Assembly: GCA_964057225.1 (NCBI GenBank)
Contig: OZ059894.1
Span: forward strand, 18,972,001 to 19,036,000
Reading direction: 5' to 3'
DNA: 64,000 nt
Origin: Auanema rhodensis
Lineage: Eukaryota > Animalia > Nematoda
In this document: positions 55,560 through 64,000 of the stretch, piece by piece
Layout of the letters: each line of letters begins with the position of its first letter
Numbering within the stretch: position 1 is the stretch's first letter
Notes under the pieces: model-generated
Told to the model about the DNA's origin: nothing
The model's input: only the letters and a program-made list of their open reading frames with translations
Databases searched by the model: none
Program-made: the position numbers and the translations under genes

Positions 55560-58500
55560 ATATAAGTGTGAACTTATATCAGTTGATATCTCGGTGCATT
55601 TGTAAGCTAGCGCAAATCTGATAACACAGATCGACGCAGCTTAAAAATCCGCATCGAATGCACTATACTACATTGAGAAACGCTCAATACAAAAATTAGT
55701 TATGATCAATTGAAAAATGATGCATTAGTGTATGTTGAGTTTCCATGTACACTCAACATTGCTTCCAAAAACATTTTGACAAAAATTTTTTCGAAAAATT
55801 TCAGAATAATTTAGCAAAAAGTAGATGTTTTTAGATTCTTTTTTTTAAGGCAAAGACGATGGACAATGTTATTCAACGGAAAAATTAATTCTTCAGGGTG
55901 AAAATCGAGGATATAAGTGTGAACTTATATCAGTTGATATCTCGGTGCATTTTTAAGCTAGCGCAAATCTGATAACACAGATCGACGCAGCTTAAAAATC
56001 CGCATCGAATGCACTATACTACATTGAGAAACGCTTAATACAAAAATTAGTTATGATCGTTTGAAAAATGATGCATTATTGTATGTTGAGTTTCCATGTA
56101 CACTCAACATTGCTTCCAAAAACATTTTGACAAAAATTTTTTCAAAAAATTTCAAAATAAATTAGCAAAAAGTAGATGTTTTTAGATTCCTTTTTTCAAG
56201 GCAAAGACGATGGACAATGTTATTCAACGAAAAAATTAATTCTTCAGGGTGAAAATCGAGGATATAAGTGTGAACTTATATCAGTTGATATCTCGGTGCA
56301 TTTTTAAGCTAGCGCAAATCTGATAACACAGATCGACGCAGCTTAAAAATCCGCATCGAATGCACTATACTACATTGAGAAACGCTCAATACAAAAATTA
56401 GTTATGATCGTTTGAAAAATGATGCATTAGTGTATGTTGAGTTTCCATGTACACTCAACATTGCTTCCAAAAACATTTTGACAAAAATTTTTTCGAAAAA
56501 TTTCAGAATAATTTAGCAAAAAGTAGATGTTTTTAGATTCCTTTTTTTAAGGCAAAGACGATGGACAATGTTATTCAACGAAAAAATTAATTCTTCAGGG
56601 TGAAAATCGAGGATATAAGTGTGAACTTATATCAGTTGATATCTCGGTGCATTTTTAAGCTAACTCAAATCTGATAACACAGATCGACGCAGCTTAAAAA
56701 TCCGCATCGAATGCACTATACTACATTGAGAAACGCTCAATACAAAAATTAGTTATGATCGTTTGAAAAATGATGCATTAGTGTATGTTGAGTTTCCATG
56801 TACACTCAACATTGCTTCCAAAATATTTTGACAAAAATTTTTTCAAAAAATTTCAAAATAAAATAGCAAAAAGTAGATGTTTTTAGATTCCTTTTTTCAA
56901 GGCAAAGACGATGGACAATGTTATTCAACGAAAAAAATAATTCTTCAGGGTGAAAATCGAGGATATAAGTGTGAACTTATATCAGTTGATATCTCGGTGC
57001 ATTTTTAAGCTAGCGCAAATCTGATAACACAGATCGACGCAGCTTAAAAATCCGCATCGAATGCACTATACTACATTGAGAAACGCTTAATACAAAAATT
57101 AGTTATGATCGTTTGAAAAATGATGCATTAGTGTATGTTGAGTTTCCATGTACACTCAACATTGCTTCCAAAAACATTTTGACAAAAATTTTTTCGAAAA
57201 ATTTCAGAATAATTTAGCAAAAAGTAGATGTTTTTAGATTCCTTTTTTTAAGGCAAAGACGATGGACAATGTTATTCAACGAAAAAATTAATTCTTCAGG
57301 GTGAAAATCGAGGATATAAGTGTGAACTTATATCAGTTGATATCTCGGTGCATTTTTAAGCTAGCGCAAATCTGATAACACAGATCGACGCAGCTTAAAA
57401 ATCCGCATCGAATGCACTATACTACATTGAGAAACGCTTAATACAAAAATTAGTTATGATCGTTTGAAAAATGATGCATTAGTGTATGTTGAGTTTCCAT
57501 GTACACTCAACATTGCTTCCAAAAACATTTTGACAAAAATTTTTTCAAAAAATTTCAAGATAAATTAGCAAAAAGTAGATGTTTTTAGATTCCTTTTTTC
57601 AAGGCAAAGACGATGGACAATGTTATTCAACGAAAAAATTAATTCTTCAGGGTGAAAATCGAGGATATAAGTGTGAACTTATATCAGTTGATATCTCGGT
57701 GCATTTTTAAGCTAGCGCAAATCTGATAACACAGATCGACGCAGCTTAAAAATCCGCATCGAATGCACTATACTACATTTAGAAACGCTTAATACAAAAA
57801 TTAGTTATGATCGTTTGAAAAATGATGCATTAGTGTATGTTGAGTTTCCATGTACACTCAACATTGCTTCCAAAAACATTTTGACAAAAATTTTTTCAAA
57901 AAATTTCAAAATAAATTAGCAAAAAGTAGATGTTTTTAGATTCCTTTTTTCAAGGCAAAGACGATGGACAATGTTATTCAACGAAAAAATTAATTCTTCA
58001 GGGTGAAAATCGAAGATATAAGTGTGAACTTATATCAGTTGATATCTCGGTGCATTTTTAAGCTAGCGCAAATCTGATAACACAGATCGACGCAGCTTAA
58101 TAATCCGCATCGAATGCACTATACTACATTGAGAAACGCTTAATACAAAAATTAGTTATGATCGTTTGAAGAATGATGCATTAGTGTATGTTGAGTTTCC
58201 ATGTACACTCAACATTGCTTCCAAAAACATTTTGACAAAAATTTTTTCAAAAAATTTCAAAATAAATTAGCAAAAAGTAGATGTTTTTAGATTCCTTTTT
58301 TCAAGGCAAAGACGATGGACAATGTTATTCAACGAAAAAATTAATTCTTCAGAGTGAAAATCGAGGATATAAGTGTGAACTTATATCAGTTGATATCTCG
58401 GTGCATTTTTAAGCTAGCGCAAATCTGATAACACAGATCGACGCAGCTTAAAAATCCGCATCGAATGCACTATACTACATTGAAAAACGCTTAATACAAA

Positions 58501-61500
58501 AATTAGTTATGATCGTTTGAAAAATGATGCATTAGTGTATGTTGAGTTTCCATGTACACTCAACATTGCTTCCAAAAACATTTTGACAAAAATTTTTTCA
58601 AAAAATTTCAAAATAAATTAGCAAAAAGTAGATGTTTTTAGATTCCTTTTTTCAAGGCAAAGACGATGGACAATGTTATTCAACGAAAAAATTAATTCTT
58701 CAGAGTGAAAATCGAAGATATAAGTGTGAACTTATATCAGTTGATATCTCGGTGCATTTTTAAGCTAGCGCAAATCTGATAACACAGATCGACGCAGCTT
58801 AAAAATCCGCATCGAATGCACTATACTACATTGAAAAACGCTTAATACAAAAATTAGTTATGATCGTTTGAAAAATGATGCATTAGTGTATGTTGAGTTT
58901 CCATGTACACTCAACATTGCTTCCAAAAACATTTTGACAAAAATTTTTTCAAAAAATTTCAAAATAAATTAGCAAAAAGTAGATGTTTTTAGATTCCTTT
59001 TTTCAAGGCAAAGACGATGGACAATGTTATTCAACGAAAAAATTAATTCTTCAGGGTGAAAATCGAAGATATAAGTGTGAACTTATATCAGTTGATATCT
59101 CGGTGCATTTTTAAGCTAGCGCAAATCTGATAACACAGATCGACGCAGCTTAAAAATCCGCATCGAATGCACTATACTACATTGAGAAACGCTTAATACA
59201 AAAATTAGTTATGATCGTTTGAAAAATGATGCATTAGTGTATGTTGAGTTTCCATGTACACTCAACATTGCTTCCAAAAACATTTTGACAAAAATTTTTT
59301 CAAAAAATTTCAAAATAAATTAGCAAAAAGTAGATGTTTTTAGATTCCTTTTTTCAAGGCAAAGACGATGGACAATGTTATTCAACGAAAAAATTAATTC
59401 TTCAGAGTGAAAATCGAGGATATAAGTGTGAACTTATATCAGTTGATATCTCGGTGCATTTGTAAGCTAGCGCAAATCTGATAACACAGATCGACGCAGC
59501 TTAAAAATCCGCATCGAATGCACTATACTACATTGAGAAACGCTCAATACAAAAATTAGTTATGATCAATTGAAAAATGATGCATTAGTGTATGTTGAGT
59601 TTCCATGTACACTCAACATTGCTTCCAAAAACATTTTGACAAAAATTTTTTCGAAAAATTTCAGAATAATTTAGCAAAAAGTAGATGTTTTTAGATTCCT
59701 TTTTTTAAGGCAAAGACGATGGACAATGTTATTCAACGGAAAAATTAATTCTTCAGGGTGAAAATCGAGGATATAAGTGTGAACTTATATCAGTTGATAT
59801 CTCGGTGCATTTTTAAGCTAGCGCAAATCTGATAACACAGATCGACGCAGCTTAAAAATCCGCATCGAATGCACTATACTACATTGAAAAACGCTTAATA
59901 CAAAAATTAGTTATGATCGTTTGAAAAATGATGCATTAGTGTATGTTGAGTTTCCATGTACACTCAACATTGCTTCCAAAAACATTTTGACAAAAATTTT
60001 TTCAAAAAATTTCAAAATAAATTAGCAAAAAGTAGATGTTTTTAGATTCCTTTTTTCAAGGCAAAGACGATGGACAATGTTATTCAACGAAAAAATTAAT
60101 TCTTCAGAGTGAAAATCGAGGATATAAGTGTGAACTTATATCAGTTGATATCTCGGTGCATTTTTAAGCTAGCGCAAATCTGATAACACAGATCGACGCA
60201 GCTTAAAAATCCGCATCGAATGCACTATACTACATTGAAAAACGCTTAATACAAAAATTAGTTATGATCGTTTGAAAAATGATGCATTAGTGTATGTTGA
60301 GTTTCCATGTACACTCAACATTGCTTCCAAAAACATTTTGACAAAAATTTTTTCAAAAAATTTCAAAATAAATTAGCAAAAAGTAGATGTTTTTAGATTC
60401 CTTTTTTCAAGGCAAAGACGATGGACAATGTTATTCAACGAAAAAATTAATTCTTCAGGGTGAAAATCGAAGATATAAGTGTGAACTTATATCAGTTGAT
60501 ATCTCGGTGCATTTTTAAGCTAGCGCAAATCTGATAACACAGATCGACGCAGCTTAAAAATCCGCATCGAATGCACTATACTACATTGAGAAACGCTTAA
60601 TACAAAAATTAGTTATGATCGTTTGAAAAATGATGCATTAGTGTATGTTGAGTTTCCATGTACACTCAACATTGCTTCCAAAAACATTTTGACAAAAATT
60701 TTTTCAAAAAATTTCAAAATAAATTAGCAAAAAGTAGATGTTTTTAGATTCCTTTTTTCAAGGCAAAGACGATGGACAATGTTATTCAACGAAAAAATTA
60801 ATTCTTCAGAGTGAAAATCGAGGATATAAGTGTGAACTTATATCAGTTGATATCTCGGTGCATTTGTAAGCTAGCGCAAATCTGATAACACAGATCGACG
60901 CAGCTTAAAAATCCGCATCGAATGCACTATACTACATTGAGAAACGCTCAATACAAAAATTAGTTATGATCAATTGAAAAATGATGCATTAGTGTATGTT
61001 GAGTTTCCATGTACACTCAACATTGCTTCCAAAAACATTTTGACAAAAATTTTTTCGAAAAATTTCAGAATAATTTAGCAAAAAGTAGATGTTTTTAGAT
61101 TCCTTTTTTTAAGGCAAAGACGATGGACAATGTTATTCAACGGAAAAATTAATTCTTCAGGGTGAAAATCGAGGATATAAGTGAGAACTTATATCAGTTG
61201 ATATCTCGGTGCATTTTTAAGCTAGCGCAAATCTGATAACACAGATCGACGCAGCTTAAAAATCCGCATCGAATGCACTATACTACATTGAGAAACGCTT
61301 AATACAAAAATTAGTTATGATCGTTTGAAAAATGATGCATTAGTGTATGTTGAGTTTCCATGTACACTCAACATTGCTTCCAAAAACATTTTGACAAAAA
61401 TTTTTTCAAAAAATTTCAAAATAAATTAGCAAAAAGTAGATGTTTTTAGATTCCTTTTTTCAAGGCAAAGACGATGGACAATGTTATTCAACGAAAAAAT

Positions 61501-64000
61501 TAATTCTTCAGGGTGAAAATCGAAGATATAAGTGTGAACTTATATCAGTTGATATCTCGGTGCATTTTTAAGCTAGCGCAAATCTGATAACACAGATCGA
61601 CGCAGCTTAAAAATCCGCATCGAATGCACTATACTACATTGAGAAACGCTTAATACAAAAATTAGTTATGATCGTTTGAAAAATGATGCATTAGTGTATG
61701 TTGAGTTTCCATGTACACTCAACATTGCTTCCAAAAACATTTTGACAAAAATTTTTTCAAAAAATTTCAAAATAAATTAGCAAAAAGTAGATGTTTTTAG
61801 ATTCCTTTTTTCAAGGCAAAGACGATGGACAATGTTATTCAACGAAAAAATTAATTCTTCAGAGTGAAAATCGAGGATATAAGTGTGAACTTATATCAGT
61901 TGATATCTCGGTGCATTTGTAAGCTAGCGCAAATCTGATAACACAGATCGACGCAGCTTAAAAATCCGCATCGAATGCACTATACTACATTGAGAAACGC
62001 TCAATACAAAAATTAGTTATGATCAATTGAAAAATGATGCATTAGTGTATGTTGAGTTTCCATGTACACTCAACATTGCTTCCAAAAACATTTTGACAAA
62101 AATTTTTTCGAAAAATTTCAGAATAATTTAGCAAAAAGTAGATGTTTTTAGATTCCTTTTTTTAAGGCAAAGACGATGGACAATGTTATTCAACGGAAAA
62201 ATTAATTCTTCAGGGTGAAAATCGAGGATATAAGTGTGAACTTATATCAGTTGATATCTCGGTGCATTTTTAAGCTAGCGCAAATCTGATAACACAGATC
62301 GACGCAGCTTAAAAATCCGCATCGAATGCACTATACTACATTGAGAAACGCTTAATACAAAAATTAGTTATGATCGTTTGAAAAATGATGCATTATTGTA
62401 TGTTGAGTTTCCATGTACACTCAACATTGCTTCCAAAAACATTTTGACAAAAATTTTTTCAAAAAATTTCAAAATAAATTAGCAAAAAGTAGATGTTTTT
62501 AGATTCCTTTTTTCAAGGCAAAGACGATGGACAATGTTATTCAACGAAAAAATTAATTCTTCAGGGTGAAAATCGAGGATATAAGTGTGAACTTATATCA
62601 GTTGATATCTCGGTGCATTTTTAAGCTAGCGCAAATCTGATAACACAGATCGACGCAGCTTAAAAATCCGCATCGAATGCACTATACTACATTGAGAAAC
62701 GCTCAATACAAAAATTAGTTATGATCGTTTGAAAAATGATGCATTAGTGTATGTTGAGTTTCCATGTACACTCAACATTGCTTCCAAAAACATTTTGACA
62801 AAAATTTTTTCGAAAAATTTCAGAATAATTTAGCAAAAAGTAGATGTTTTTAGATTCCTTTTTTTAAGGCAAAGACGATGGACAATGTTATTCTACGAAA
62901 AAATTAATTCTTCAGGGTGAAAATCGAGGATATAAGTGTGAACTTATATCAGTTGATATCTCGGTGCATTTTTAAGCTAACTCAAATCTGATAACACAGA
63001 TCGACGCAGCTTAAAAATCCGCATCGAATGCACTATACTACATTGAGAAACGCTCAATACAAAAATTAGTTATGATCGTTTGAAAAATGATGCATTAGTG
63101 TATGTTGAGTTTCCATGTACACTCAACATTGCTTCCAAAATATTTTGACAAAAATTTTTTCAAAAAATTTCAAAATAAAATAGCAAAAAGTAGATGTTTT
63201 TAGATTCCTTTTTTCAAGGCAAAGACGATGGACAATGTTATTCAACGAAAAAAATAATTCTTCAGGGTGAAAATCGAGGATATAAGTGTGAACTTATATC
63301 AGTTGATATCTCGGTGCATTTTTAAGCTAGCGCAAATCTGATAACACAGATCGACGCAGCTTAAAAATCCGCATCGAATGCACTATACTACATTGAGAAA
63401 CGCTTAATACAAAAATTAGTTATGATCGTTTGAAAAATGATGCATTAGTGTATGTTGAGTTTCCATGTACACTCAACATTGCTTCCAAAAACATTTTGAC
63501 AAAAATTTTTTCGAAAAATTTCAGAATAATTTAGCAAAAAGTAGATGTTTTTAGATTCCTTTTTTTAAGGCAAAGACGATGGACAATGTTATTCATCGAA
63601 AAAATTAATTCTTCAGGGTGAAAATCGAGGATATAAGTGTGAACTTATATCAGTTGATATCTCGGTGCATTTTTAAGCTAGCGCAAATCTGATAACACAG
63701 ATCGACGCAGCTTAAAAATCCGCATCGAATGCACTATACTACATTGAGAAACGCTTAATACAAAAATTAGTTATGATCGTTTGAAAAATGATGCATTAGT
63801 GTATGTTGAGTTTCCATGTACACTCAACATTGCTTCCAAAAACATTTTGACAAAAATTTTTTCAAAAAATTTCAAGATAAATTAGCAAAAAGTAGATGTT
63901 TTTAGATTCCTTTTTTCAAGGCAAAGACGATGGACATTGTTATTCAACGAAAAAATTAATTCTTCAGGGTGAAAATCGAGGATATAAGTGTGAACTTATA
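55560..64000. repeat. Duplicated block at 6317-bp (18-monomer) offset: ~55560-57683 and ~61877-64000
   Basis: tttGtaag 55602/61919, caacgGaa, cattaTtgta, gctaACTc 56659/62976, ccaaaaTatt, aaaaaaAtaattc and ttcaaGata occur in the same order. Confidence 0.88.

Larger units (their letters stand above)
1..64000. repeat. Tandem satellite DNA array, 351-bp monomer, about 182.3 copies, head-to-tail, extends beyond both window edges
   Basis: TTAGCAAAAA(G/A)TAGATG recurs at 1, 352, 703, 1056, 1409, 1760, 2111, 2461 ... 63882. The last start equals 1+182x351-1, matching the net -1 from the 13 small indels I tracked. No non-repeat sequence or inversion seen. Confidence 0.99.

Noticed and set aside
1-64000. 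CRISPR array or coding tandem repeat (351 is divisible by 3)
   Set aside because: There are no unique spacers or cas genes, and the ORF track shows no long frame on either strand.

Overview
The whole 64-kb window is one uninterrupted head-to-tail tandem array of a 351-bp, AT-rich monomer (about 31% GC by hand count of the consensus). It holds 182 complete copies plus a 119-bp partial copy, all on the same strand, and copies differ by only a few substitutions. This is eukaryotic-type satellite DNA, plausibly (peri)centromeric, but I cannot name the family or the organism. I find no genes, RNA genes, transposon insertions or CRISPR spacers. The single 75-aa ORF is a chance loss of two stop codons in one monomer. 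The structure worth a second look is at two scales. Within the monomer there is a dense set of dyad symmetries: a GNRA-capped 9-bp hairpin, a 67-nt long imperfect hairpin, a 9-bp hairpin with a 10-nt loop and an A/T palindrome. Across the array, shared variants record block duplications with offsets of 2, 3, 4, 6, 10, 14 and 17-18 monomers, short conversion-like tracts, and a turnover of variant haplotypes around 31-38 kb.
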